64,000 nt of DNA from a phage, in the sequence record PZ166176.1; one strand, written 5' to 3'. Positions within the stretch are counted from its first letter, which is position 1. Each line of letters begins with the position of its first letter. The notes beneath the pieces are model-generated. The model made no database searches. It was given only the letters and a program-made list of their open reading frames with translations, and was not told the DNA's origin. A program made the position numbers and the translations under genes. Shown one piece after another: positions 38,058 to 46,824 of this stretch.

Positions 38058-38848
38058 TTTTTAGCACCTACTTTAACAACCCACTCTCCGAACTCTTCAG
38101 ATAAGAGTTTGTCATAAAGCTCTGAATCTGTCAAGTCTAAATCTTTAATGCCAATAAAACCAACATTATCATAAGCATTTGCCAGTTCTTTCAGGAAGCC
38201 GAACTTCTCATTACCAACGCCAACCATGAACCAATAAATAGGTTTATTCTTATTCTCTTCGATAAGACGACGAACAGCACTAGGATCACCATTCTCACCA
38301 TCCGTCTGGAAGAATACAACACCAGGGGTAACGTCAGCACCTGGTTCAGATACAGCTACAACTTTTTCACGCTCTACAGACACTGTTTCAGTTTTACCAA
38401 GCAGACGATTAAAGAAGCCTTTCTTTGGAGCCTCCTCTTGTACCACTTGTTTAGTGGTAATATATTTAGTAACAGTGCCAAAATACTCATCGTAGATATC
38501 CGCCATTACAGGGGCGTAATTTGTTCCACCTCCGATACGAACATTACGCATACATTTGCCAACATAGTCATCGTAAACATCTGCTGTTGCTGGAGTAAGC
38601 TCTTGGGAACTCGTATTGAAGGCCCACATATCAATTTGTTGATTATCGTCGAACAGCATACCAAAAGGAAGCAGTTTACCTACAAAATCACTCACTACCC
38701 CACTAGAATATAGACCATGCATACTACCAGAAATATCTAGAGCACATGCTACACGAAGAACAATCTTACCTTCATTCAGGTTCTTATTCTTTTTCAGAGA
38801 GAAAGCAAGGTTTTCTTGACGTTTTTTCAGGCTGATTTTCTCGGACAT
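38054..38848 (-). CDS. von Willebrand factor A domain protein (TerY-like)
   Basis: 264 aa; MIDAS motif ACALDISGSM and FFQTDGENGD; N-terminus MSEKISLKK echoes the TerD N-terminus. Confidence 0.6.
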   Translation of the reverse strand: MSEKISLKKRQENLAFSLKKNKNLNEGKIVLRVACALDISGSMHGLYSSGVVSDFVGKLLPFGMLFDDNQQIDMWAFNTSSQELTPATADVYDDYVGKCMRNVRIGGGTNYAPVMADIYDEYFGTVTKYITTKQVVQEEAPKKGFFNRLLGKTETVSVEREKVVAVSEPGADVTPGVVFFQTDGENGDPSAVRRLIEENKNKPIYWFMVGVGNEKFGFLKELANAYDNVGFIGIKDLDLTDSELYDKLLSEEFGEWVVKVGAKK

Positions 38849-38849
38849 A

Positions 38850-39194
38850 TTATTTCTCCTTCTTAAGTGTAATATTGGTAACTTCTAAATCTACTTCCAC
38901 CATATTTGTATCTGGTGGGATGCAATGAGTATAGCCTCGTTGTGCTAGTGATCCATTAATACAAATCGCACTGTTTGTGGAATTTTTAATGAACACCAAG
39001 TTACGGTAGGTATCCAACCCTGCGTCTTCATAGGCATCATAATACATGAATGTGGCCCCTACGTCAAGATCTTCGAAAGCAATAGGTAAATCCTGACTTT
39101 TTTCTTCTTGAATATTGAATCTAAACACGCATACCTCCTCTACCAATTTTGAAGCCCAAATCGTAAGCTTCCTTAGTGATCTTTTGTAACTCAC
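38850..39194 (-). CDS. hypothetical protein (paralogue of 37559..37828)
   Basis: 114 aa; DLDVGATFMYYDAYEDAGLD and VDLEVTNITLKKEK; start uncertain (overlaps the upstream ORF). Confidence 0.4.
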   Translation of the reverse strand: MSYKRSLRKLTIWASKLVEEVCVFRFNIQEEKSQDLPIAFEDLDVGATFMYYDAYEDAGLDTYRNLVFIKNSTNSAICINGSLAQRGYTHCIPPDTNMVEVDLEVTNITLKKEK

Positions 39195-39684
39195 TTATAG
39201 GAAGTGTTACAAGAGGATCATCTTCTTCAATTTCCATCTTGTCATCTTCTGTTTCAATGAGAGTATTATGCACTTTGTGATAAGGGTTGTCAACACGTTT
39301 AAACTTATTCTTTTCTGTGCTGAAAAAACAATCTGGATCTTCTTCACCATCACCCCAACCTTGGTTAGGATCTCCGTCAGATTGTTCTGTAGGGATTTCA
39401 CCTGTAAAGTACTCTTCCAGCACCATAGCAATACCGTCCCTTGGATTTGAGGAATGCATTAAATCACAAACCTTACCCCAATCCATAGCCCATTCGAACC
39501 GTTCACGAACGCCATTTTCATCCTCCTTTCCAGAGAAAACACAACCATAACTATCATAGTTGCCATACATCTCTTCAATAACAACACCGTCCTTCAAAAG
39601 AAAGAGGTAGCAAGGTGATCCGTCGAAAGAAGTAGAAAGGGCAGCTTTGCCCGATTCTTTGCACAAAAAGCTAAAACAACCCAT
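39121..39684 (-). CDS. hypothetical protein
   Basis: 187 aa acidic ORF. Confidence 0.45.
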   Translation of the reverse strand: MGCFSFLCKESGKAALSTSFDGSPCYLFLLKDGVVIEEMYGNYDSYGCVFSGKEDENGVRERFEWAMDWGKVCDLMHSSNPRDGIAMVLEEYFTGEIPTEQSDGDPNQGWGDGEEDPDCFFSTEKNKFKRVDNPYHKVHNTLIETEDDKMEIEEDDPLVTLPISELQKITKEAYDLGFKIGRGGMRV

Positions 39685-39887
39685 TACAAACCCTCCTTCA
39701 GATTATCAAGAGCTACAGTGGTTTCACAAGAGTCTCCATAAGTTTTATGATGTTCCAGAAAAGCTTCGGGTCCACCCCAGTCATTATCTTGTGTATTCCA
39801 GCCATCAATAAAAGCATCTTCAATGATTGTGATCAGTTCTTGTCGGGTTAACTGGATAATATTAGGATCGTTATCGTAGTTAAACAT
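39684..39887 (-). CDS. hypothetical small protein
   Basis: 67 aa ORF. Confidence 0.4.
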   Translation of the reverse strand: MFNYDNDPNIIQLTRQELITIIEDAFIDGWNTQDNDWGGPEAFLEHHKTYGDSCETTVALDNLKEGL

Positions 39888-40053
39888 CTTCTTCCTCCTC
39901 TAAAATATGGAACCCGTAATTACAATAATCCTGAAAGGTTTCGTGCGCAAGATCTTCTATATCCTCTTGAGACATATCATCTTCAATTTCGATATCCACA
40001 ACCTCATTGCATCCACACCAAGCAGTTTCAATATTCACTCGTAATGTTTTCAT
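39880..40053 (-). CDS. hypothetical small acidic protein (57 aa, not in ORF track)
   Basis: My translation: MKTLRVNIETAWCGCNEVVDIEIEDDMSQEDIEDLAHETFQDYCNYGFHILEEEEDV; GGAGGAGGAG RBS; ATG overlaps the upstream stop; fills the gap. Confidence 0.4.
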   Translation of the reverse strand: MKTLRVNIETAWCGCNEVVDIEIEDDMSQEDIEDLAHETFQDYCNYGFHILEEEEDV

Positions 40054-40250
40054 TACTCCTCCTCCTCATTGAAGTCAATATCTGCAAGGAGTTCGAATTT
40101 ACGGAAGTTACGACAACCTTCATAAATATAACAATCACGACAAACTGCTAGAACACTTGCGGGATATATACCTCCCATCGGTGCGAATCGTTTTTCGTCA
40201 TCATAACGGACACCAATGTCTTCATCAATTATATAGATACGGATTCTCAT
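40053..40250 (-). CDS. hypothetical small protein
   Basis: 65 aa with Cys pair CRDC...C. Confidence 0.4.
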   Translation of the reverse strand: MRIRIYIIDEDIGVRYDDEKRFAPMGGIYPASVLAVCRDCYIYEGCRNFRKFELLADIDFNEEEE

Positions 40251-41359
40251 TTACCAAGCCCTCGTTTCACAGCAGCTACCATCCCGTCTTCCAGAGATTG
40301 AACTTCATTAATATAATCAACACGAGCAGCACGGGCTTCCGTATTGATGCGGTTAGTTTCTTCCAACATCTTAACCAAGTTTTCCTGATCGTGACGCAGA
40401 GTTTCAATATCCAACACTTGACGGTTAGCCAGTGCTGCTGCTTCGATCTGATTCTGTGTGGCAAGATCGCTACCCAGTTTAATTGCCAGGTTAAATTCAT
40501 CAAGAACGTTATTCTGCGTCTCTGCTGCTTTCATTTGACGTAAGCTCTCGATATACATTGAGAAGTTAGCAGAGTAAGCAGGAATAACATTATTTACTAT
40601 GTTACGCGCAGATCGCATTAAGCTTGCAGAAACTTTTTGCATACCTTGTACACGCGGTCCCATTTGGACACACAGTAGGCGCAATGCTTTTAAATCTGCA
40701 ATACGAATCTCCAGAAGATCCAAAGTATCTCGGATCACTTGTCGCTGTTCTACTGCATCTTCTGGAAGAGCAGCCAAAGCTTGTTCTTCTTTTTCATAGG
40801 TTGCTGTTAGAAGCTGCATATCTCGGTTCAAACTTGCAGCATATTGTCCAATAGCTTGATGCAGCTTTTCAAGATATACCAAGGAATCTTCTTCTTTGCG
40901 AATATCCATTTGAAGGTTCTTTACCAACTCTTCAATACGGTTATTAACATTATCAAACTCCCCGAACAGGTCTTCTTTCATACCCATAACTTTTTTAATG
41001 AGTTTAGTAATACCCTTGCTTTGTTTAATAGAGTTTGGATCAAGTTGTTTTGCCTGTTTAATCAAAGCTGTGAGTCGTTCACTCATCTGATCGCCTTGAT
41101 TACTACGTTGATGTTTTAACACCTCGGCATTCAAGGAACGCAAGGTTGTTCCTGCCTCTGCCCCAATCTCTTCAATCTCTTGTCGGGTCATAGAAGGCAA
41201 AACTGGAACTTCTTGCGGTGCCGCTGGTGCATAAACAGGACTGGCATCTAACACGCTTGGAGCGAATACAGATTTACTTGCATCTGTTGTTGCAGCGAAT
41301 ACACTCATTTCAGACTTCTTCTGACCACCAGTAGCTGCTTTTAAAAATGGACTTGTCAT
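40247..41359 (-). CDS. TelA-like toxic anion resistance family protein (candidate)
   Basis: 370 aa all-helical protein; segments LIKQAKQLDPNS, QMGPRVQGMQ...NVIPAYSANFSMYI and LDIETLRHDQENL resemble TelA/KlaB as I recall them; same strand as TerC and TerD. Confidence 0.45.
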   Translation of the reverse strand: MTSPFLKAATGGQKKSEMSVFAATTDASKSVFAPSVLDASPVYAPAAPQEVPVLPSMTRQEIEEIGAEAGTTLRSLNAEVLKHQRSNQGDQMSERLTALIKQAKQLDPNSIKQSKGITKLIKKVMGMKEDLFGEFDNVNNRIEELVKNLQMDIRKEEDSLVYLEKLHQAIGQYAASLNRDMQLLTATYEKEEQALAALPEDAVEQRQVIRDTLDLLEIRIADLKALRLLCVQMGPRVQGMQKVSASLMRSARNIVNNVIPAYSANFSMYIESLRQMKAAETQNNVLDEFNLAIKLGSDLATQNQIEAAALANRQVLDIETLRHDQENLVKMLEETNRINTEARAARVDYINEVQSLEDGMVAAVKRGLGK

Positions 41360-41946
41360 TCTTCATTCTCCTCTTCTGCATCTCTTATATATGGTGAAAC
41401 ACCGTACTCTTTAGCTACTTTAACCCAATCATCCCATTTATACAACCATAATTTTCCTTCAGTTCCTTCTTTATCTGATTTCAACCACATGTTAGGTTGC
41501 TTGCCTGGGTACATGCGATTAGGTTTACGATTATAACCTCTAACACATCTTGTCGCAAACCTATCTACCAGAACAAGAACATATTTATATTCGTGGTTCA
41601 ACGGCTCTTTGGAAGTGGCTTTAGGATTAGCCCCTAACTCTGCTGCCAGTTTTTGCCAATGAGCACCGTGTCTACTAAACTTACCCATACAACCATCAAT
41701 AGCATGAGCAATTTCGTGCTTCATTGTATCCACGATCATATCTCTTGTGGAGTTCTTATGCAAGTGCCAATTTACAACAACAATTTTATCTCGGTAGTTG
41801 CACCAACCGAAAGAGTTATTCACTTTGTTTCTAACACAAGCTTTATATCCTGCTTCACGTAACATGTTGTAGTAAACAGGAAAATCTTCTTTTATTTCCT
41901 GCATCACTTCCCACCACAAGAGTTGCAAGTCTCTCTCGGTATGCAT
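41356..41946 (-). CDS. SprT-like zinc metallopeptidase domain protein
   Basis: 196 aa; HEIAHAIDG...HGAHW zinc-binding motif after an N-terminal helical region. Confidence 0.5.
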   Translation of the reverse strand: MHTERDLQLLWWEVMQEIKEDFPVYYNMLREAGYKACVRNKVNNSFGWCNYRDKIVVVNWHLHKNSTRDMIVDTMKHEIAHAIDGCMGKFSRHGAHWQKLAAELGANPKATSKEPLNHEYKYVLVLVDRFATRCVRGYNRKPNRMYPGKQPNMWLKSDKEGTEGKLWLYKWDDWVKVAKEYGVSPYIRDAEEENEE

Positions 41947-41949
41947 AAC

Positions 41950-42543
41950 TTACACCTTAAAAGCGAAATGCGTGGTCGTGGCTTCAAAATCAGGGCCAGA
42001 TAAACTTGCACTGAAATCTGAAATATTTGTAATTAAAAAGCTTTTATGCATACCTAACACAGCCACGCTTTCAATATCTTCTACTAACATTTCAATCATG
42101 TTAGAAACATGGCTGAACGTATAGTTTTGTTTTTTGATGGTGTAGAAAGAAAGACTCCCACCTGCTGTATAAGATACCTCTTCAAAATCTTTAATCGTAT
42201 ATTGTGTGCCATCAGTAAAGAAAATGGTAGCTTTATTAGTAGCACGTTTCTTGTTTTTTGGTCCTTTTTTACGTTTACTGCGAGTAGGCAAACCGTTTGG
42301 AAATACTGTAGCTACAAATTCTTCAGGAGAAACCTCCTTACCGAAATCATAACCGTAAGAAACAGCGTCTATAAACTCGTCGTCTTCATTTTTAAAATAA
42401 TGAAAATAGGGCCAATTTGAGAGATTATCGAGCATCTTATGCTCATCCACAGCAGAGAACGTATCCCTCAAAGCACGTGTGATTTGCAAAGCATTAGGCA
42501 AACTTTTAACACCTGTAATGGAAGTACGAATAGAAATTGTCAT
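41950..42543 (-). CDS. hypothetical protein
   Basis: 197 aa with a basic Lys/Arg patch (RSKRKKGPKNKKR). Confidence 0.45.
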   Translation of the reverse strand: MTISIRTSITGVKSLPNALQITRALRDTFSAVDEHKMLDNLSNWPYFHYFKNEDDEFIDAVSYGYDFGKEVSPEEFVATVFPNGLPTRSKRKKGPKNKKRATNKATIFFTDGTQYTIKDFEEVSYTAGGSLSFYTIKKQNYTFSHVSNMIEMLVEDIESVAVLGMHKSFLITNISDFSASLSGPDFEATTTHFAFKV

Positions 42544-42557
42544 TGTTTTTCTCCTTA

Positions 42558-42995
42558 TTAACGTCGCTTGCTACGAGATGAACTCTTTTTACTTAAAGGG
42601 CTATTGTAAGATTTACGAGTTGTATAGCTACTATTTGTTTTAAAAGTTTGTCTCGGCTTTTCATAAGTTTTTATCTCTTGTTTAGGCTTACCATAAAAAT
42701 TAGTTTTCGGTTTAGGTGTATTATAATGCTTATTAATAATCGTTCTGTTATCGTTATAATCCCCACTGTTACGATTACTACCACCACTCATCATATGCCC
42801 TAACAACATACCTGTAGCAAACTCACCAACACCGCTACTACTAGAACCGCCACCATTGTTGATAATAGTTGTATCTCCGTCAGATCCTTGTTGAGCGTAT
42901 TGTTGAGGAGGTTGTTGGTATTGTGCAGGATTTGTTTCATCCTCGCAAGCTGTTAAAAAGATACAACCAATTAAAATCAGGGCTAGTTTTTTCAT
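42558..42995 (-). CDS. putative lipoprotein with Gly/Ser-rich region
   Basis: MKKLALILIGCIFLTAC gives signal peptide plus lipobox (LTAC); start moved to that ATG (alternative ATG at 43010). Confidence 0.5.
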   Translation of the reverse strand: MKKLALILIGCIFLTACEDETNPAQYQQPPQQYAQQGSDGDTTIINNGGGSSSSGVGEFATGMLLGHMMSGGSNRNSGDYNDNRTIINKHYNTPKPKTNFYGKPKQEIKTYEKPRQTFKTNSSYTTRKSYNSPLSKKSSSRSKRR

Positions 42996-43182
42996 ATTTG
43001 CTTTCCTCATTTTGACTATTAATACATCTGTGTTTGAAATCTCCAGAGAAGCAATAAAGTTGCTCTCCATCTCGGTATAAACTCACTTTACTGCCGTTGA
43101 TTACGCTTGTCAATACAAAAATTACAACAAACAACCCTATTGCAAAACAAATATTTTCAAACACAATCAACAAGTATTTCAT
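42937..43182 (-). CDS. small membrane protein
   Basis: 81 aa; N-terminal TM helix (LLIVFENICFAIGLFVVIFVLTSVI); 3' end overlaps the lipoprotein start in another frame. Confidence 0.4.
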   Translation of the reverse strand: MKYLLIVFENICFAIGLFVVIFVLTSVINGSKVSLYRDGEQLYCFSGDFKHRCINSQNEESKYEKTSPDFNWLYLFNSLRG

Positions 43183-43529
43183 TTTAAAAATACCTCATCA
43201 TCAGTTTCATTATCCCAGAAGAACAAATCCCAACCATTCGGATCATTCCATTTGGCTGCTGGAGAAGTCCATATTTGTTCGATATCAATATTCAAAACTT
43301 CACCGTTTCGTTTTGAAACAGCTTTAGTTAATTCCCAACGAGATACAGGCTCTACTTCCCCTGAACCACTCCCACAACAAGCTACCACGTTAGGAGGCAA
43401 ATTAATTGGATCTTTGGTCACGATCATAACGCTTACCCCAGGGTAAACTTTTGAAAGATAATCTAAAACGTAATCCACATCACCAGATAAATCCCAAACA
43501 AGTTCTTGAATTTCATCAAAATTATTCAT
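43179..43529 (-). CDS. hypothetical protein
   Basis: 116 aa acidic ORF with GGAGAG RBS. Confidence 0.45.
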   Translation of the reverse strand: MNNFDEIQELVWDLSGDVDYVLDYLSKVYPGVSVMIVTKDPINLPPNVVACCGSGSGEVEPVSRWELTKAVSKRNGEVLNIDIEQIWTSPAAKWNDPNGWDLFFWDNETDDEVFLK

Positions 43530-43536
43530 AAGTCTC

Positions 43537-43566
43537 TCCTATAAAATAGCCTCCCGAAGGAGGCTC
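43537..43566 (-). terminator. rho-independent terminator after the TerC gene
   Basis: GCCTCC-TTCG-GGAGGC hairpin followed on the - strand by TATTTTATA. Confidence 0.55.
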
Positions 43567-43571
43567 ATCTA

Positions 43572-44546
43572 TTAAACAGCAGCTTCTTCTTTTTCAGGGA
43601 AGATAAAGCTTGCAATAACACCAAGAGCTAATGTGCTTAGAACAATCATCAGACTTACGTTAGGGGAAATATCATGCGGGAGGAATGACCATTTGGCATG
43701 AAGTGTTTCACCGAACGGGTGATACATAAGTTTAGCACCGACAAACACCAGAACCACAGCAACAGCTTTCTCTAAGTGAACCAGATATTTCACAGCTACA
43801 CTTAACACAAAGAAAAGTGCACGTAAACCAAGAACAGCCATCAGCATTGCAGAATAAACTAGCAGAGGTTCTTGTGTCACACCGATCACAGCCGGAACTG
43901 AATCAAAAGAGAAGACAATATCTGTAAGCTCAATAACAAACACACAAAGAAGAGCAGGAGTTGCATATTTAATACCATTCTTAATGGTGATGAACTTTTC
44001 ACCATCCAGTGCATTGTGCACAGGCAGAACTTTACCTACTAAACGAACAGCCCAATGCTTAGAGTAATCAATATCCTCTTCTTCGTCACCACCTTTGATG
44101 ATAGCCACGGCAGACCAAGCTACAATCAAACCGAACAACACTTGGACCGACCAATGAAGGTTAAACAAAGCGGTCCCTGCTGCAACAAAAATACCTCGGA
44201 AGACAATGGCTCCTGCAATCCCCCAAAGTAAAATCTTATGTTGGAGATGTGTGCTCTTAATTCCAAAGCTTGCAAAAATTGCCATGAACACCATCAGGTT
44301 ATCTACAGAAAGACTCTTTTCCAACACATAGCCACTTAGGAAAAGCGCGGCAAACTCTTTACCATGTTCTACCCAAATGAATGCGTAATATCCTAAAGCT
44401 AAAGCAATCCAAAAAACAGACCAAAGCAAAGCAGATTTAATTCCAATTTCTTTATTCTCTTTATGACCAAAGAAATCGATACCAATAGACAATGCCAAAA
44501 TACCAACTAAAACAACTACATCAATAATTGGGAAACCAAGTTGCAT
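43572..44546 (-). CDS. terC: TerC family integral membrane protein
   Basis: 324 aa, multiple TM helices; LEKSLSVDNLMVFMAIF and ELTDIVFSFDSVPAVIGVT...LGLRALFFVL match the two TerC-family signature blocks. Confidence 0.8.
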   Translation of the reverse strand: MQLGFPIIDVVVLVGILALSIGIDFFGHKENKEIGIKSALLWSVFWIALALGYYAFIWVEHGKEFAALFLSGYVLEKSLSVDNLMVFMAIFASFGIKSTHLQHKILLWGIAGAIVFRGIFVAAGTALFNLHWSVQVLFGLIVAWSAVAIIKGGDEEEDIDYSKHWAVRLVGKVLPVHNALDGEKFITIKNGIKYATPALLCVFVIELTDIVFSFDSVPAVIGVTQEPLLVYSAMLMAVLGLRALFFVLSVAVKYLVHLEKAVAVVLVFVGAKLMYHPFGETLHAKWSFLPHDISPNVSLMIVLSTLALGVIASFIFPEKEEAAV

Positions 44547-44563
44547 TCTTTTCTCCTCTCTTT

Positions 44564-44582
44564 GCGGGGAACTATTCCCCGC
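44564..44582 (-). promoter_or_regulatory. 5' UTR stem-loop upstream of the TerC gene
   Basis: GCGGGGA-ACTAT-TCCCCGC hairpin between a putative promoter and the TerC RBS; no T-tract follows. Confidence 0.35.
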
Positions 44583-44594
44583 TTCATGTGATAC

Positions 44595-44622
44595 ATCTTA
44601 CTCTTTTTAAGAACTATGTCAA
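44595..44622 (-). promoter_or_regulatory. sigma70-like promoter candidate (TTGACA-16 nt-TAAGAT)
   Basis: On the - strand: TTGACA, 16 nt, TAAGAT, just after the stop of the 73 aa ORF and before the TerC gene. Confidence 0.4.
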
Positions 44623-44625
44623 CAC

Positions 44626-44847
44626 TTATTTTGTTGAATGAGAGGAAAAGATTCCTCGTAATACAGCCAGAATAAACGAAACACAAACCACGGTCCAGAA
44701 GGTTACTGGGACAGTGATATCTGCATGACCCATAACTTCAGCAACATAGTTGTAAGCCAGCAACAGTAACCAAGCTGGAATCAAACTAAGCATAAAAGCA
44801 ATAACAAAAAAGCTTACCACTGCAACAATACCTGCAAAAACACCCAT
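44626..44847 (-). CDS. small membrane protein
   Basis: 73 aa with two hydrophobic helices. Confidence 0.45.
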   Translation of the reverse strand: MGVFAGIVAVVSFFVIAFMLSLIPAWLLLLAYNYVAEVMGHADITVPVTFWTVVCVSFILAVLRGIFSSHSTK

Positions 44848-44859
44848 ACTAATCTCCTC

Positions 44860-45333
44860 TTAAAGTTTATAAATAGTCACATCGTGACCTGTTTTTACTA
44901 AAGTTTCTTCAATCATCACTTGGATGATAGCCCAATTACCTCCAGCATATCCAGCGCCAATCATAGGTAAGCCGATCTTACATTTTTTGTCACGGAGAAG
45001 CAAATCGTTAGCCATAGCTATTAGTGCATCGTAAAGTGCATCATAGTCCAACTGACGACCTTTAGCATTATATCCGTAACGGTATTGCCCGTATAGATTA
45101 TATACCAAAGGGTCTGATTGTTCGTCTGGCACCCCTAAACTAAAAGAACCTAACTTACTTTGATCACCAGCCATTGTGTCTAAATCTGCCGCATATGCAT
45201 AAGGGAATGCTCGTTTAATTTGCGGAGCAATTCCTGCTCCCATATTACACATACAATTGCAACAATGAGCAATAACAGTTACTTCACCTGCTTTAGCGGC
45301 ATCAATAAGATTACCTGTTTTCATTTTAAGCAT
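44860..45333 (-). CDS. macro domain protein (ADP-ribose binding/processing)
   Basis: Start moved to the ATG 6 nt after AAGGAG; GNLIDAAKAGEVTVIAHCCNCMCNMGAGIA and IGLPMIGAGYAGGNW match the macro domain Gly-rich blocks. Confidence 0.6.
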   Translation of the reverse strand: MLKMKTGNLIDAAKAGEVTVIAHCCNCMCNMGAGIAPQIKRAFPYAYAADLDTMAGDQSKLGSFSLGVPDEQSDPLVYNLYGQYRYGYNAKGRQLDYDALYDALIAMANDLLLRDKKCKIGLPMIGAGYAGGNWAIIQVMIEETLVKTGHDVTIYKL

Positions 45334-45346
45334 TTTTAGCTCCTTA

Positions 45347-46174
45347 TTACAGAATGTGTTGTTTTGTGTAACGATCCAAGAATTCAAAGTTTTCAGCATA
45401 CTTTGAAATTCGGTTGTAACCTTCTCCCAAACATCCGAAGAAAAGTTGCTCTACATAGTAGTGTGGCAATTGGCTAAGAATGATTTTGAAGTCTTCGTGA
45501 TTTTGGCCCATAAGATACTTAATAGGACGAACAAGGCACTGTGCATCACGTTCTTCATTAATCATTTTAACAAACGCTTCTGGTGTATTAATGTAGTTAA
45601 AATTCAGTTTAGCTTCTGTATCTGCTTGATTACCTTCATATTTTGCAAAATATAAGAAGTAAACATCATTTTTAACTTGATTTTCATCAAGGATCTCAAT
45701 CAGTTTGTCTTCATGAGTTCCAGTGATATTTACATCATCAATAAACACAAGCTTCTTATCACCCCAGAATTCTTTGTTGCAGTAGAATGTATCCCCATCA
45801 ATAAGTTTCTTACGACTAGCTTTATCCAAGAAACCATAATCGTTGATATAGCTAACTTTACGATGAATAATATCCAGTTCTGCTGAACGACCTTGATCAT
45901 ATTGTGATTGCAACATATTAAAGTAATTAATAAAATGATCTGTCATCATTGTTGCAGCATTATGCACATGGTTGTAAGGAGAAGGGATGATAACAAATTG
46001 TTCCCCAATATGTTTCATTGCCACTTGAGCAAAAAACTGAAGTGCCAATTCTTTACCCATACGACGCGCAGCCTGGTTACTACCAAATTTCAATTTTGAA
46101 TAATCTTTGATATCAAAAGTAGCAGTTTCCAGGTCATCAAATTTATTTGCAAAAATTTGAGTTTGATTACGCAT
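45347..46174 (-). CDS. phosphoribosyltransferase-domain protein (type I PRTase fold)
   Basis: 275 aa; KKLVFIDDVNITGTHEDK matches the type I PRT motif (hydrophobic x4-DD-x3-TGxT). Confidence 0.55.
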   Translation of the reverse strand: MRNQTQIFANKFDDLETATFDIKDYSKLKFGSNQAARRMGKELALQFFAQVAMKHIGEQFVIIPSPYNHVHNAATMMTDHFINYFNMLQSQYDQGRSAELDIIHRKVSYINDYGFLDKASRKKLIDGDTFYCNKEFWGDKKLVFIDDVNITGTHEDKLIEILDENQVKNDVYFLYFAKYEGNQADTEAKLNFNYINTPEAFVKMINEERDAQCLVRPIKYLMGQNHEDFKIILSQLPHYYVEQLFFGCLGEGYNRISKYAENFEFLDRYTKQHIL

Positions 46175-46823
46175 TTACAATTTCTCCTTTTTTAAGTTTC
46201 TCTAGTAAGTCGTTAGGGTTCTTAATATGACAGAAGTTAAATCCTAAGTCAACACATTTTCCATCATATTCTTCACTATCGCCTACGTGCAATACTTCGT
46301 GCCCTAACAGAGGGATCGGAGAATACGTGAGCGTGCGAGCAAAGAATCGCGGATCTGGTTTACAAAGTAAAGCTTCATCCGAGAAATGGGTGAACTCAAA
46401 ACAATTCCAACTATCAAACTTACAAGCACGACGCAGGATATCCCCTGATATGAAGTTGGTATTGCTCTTAATACTCAAATCATAACGCCCCGAAAGATAC
46501 AGCAAGTACATCGGCAGATCCACGGCTACGTGTGGTGGAAACTTAAGGAACCACTGTTCACACTCGAAACGAAGCTTTGCAGACTTCCAAGGCGTTATCC
46601 CAAGTTCAGAACCAAGTCTTTCCCAGGCGTATGCTGCACACTCGGCTTTGCCTTGAAGTGCTGCATTATCCAGTTCCTTTTTGATCTTCTTATAAGCTGC
46701 TCTTGCTTCCACTTCCGTAATATCTCCATATTTTGCGATAGTCCAGGCTCGCATATCTGCGTAATTGGAGTTTGCTGTGATCAGTGTGTTCCATACATCA
46801 AAAGAGATATGTTTAATAGTCAT
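46167..46823 (-). CDS. HAD-superfamily hydrolase (phosphatase-like)
   Basis: 218 aa; motif I ISFDVWNTL, KPDP motif and motif IV HVGDSEEYD. Confidence 0.5.
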   Translation of the reverse strand: MTIKHISFDVWNTLITANSNYADMRAWTIAKYGDITEVEARAAYKKIKKELDNAALQGKAECAAYAWERLGSELGITPWKSAKLRFECEQWFLKFPPHVAVDLPMYLLYLSGRYDLSIKSNTNFISGDILRRACKFDSWNCFEFTHFSDEALLCKPDPRFFARTLTYSPIPLLGHEVLHVGDSEEYDGKCVDLGFNFCHIKNPNDLLEKLKKGEIVNA

Positions 46824-46824
46824 A

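Noticed and set aside
44546-44626. yybP-ykoY (Mn) riboswitch upstream of the TerC-family gene
   Set aside because: TerC-family genes are classically controlled by this riboswitch, but the leader here is only about 50 nt after the putative promoter, too short for the element of roughly 100 nt or more; only a simple hairpin is present.
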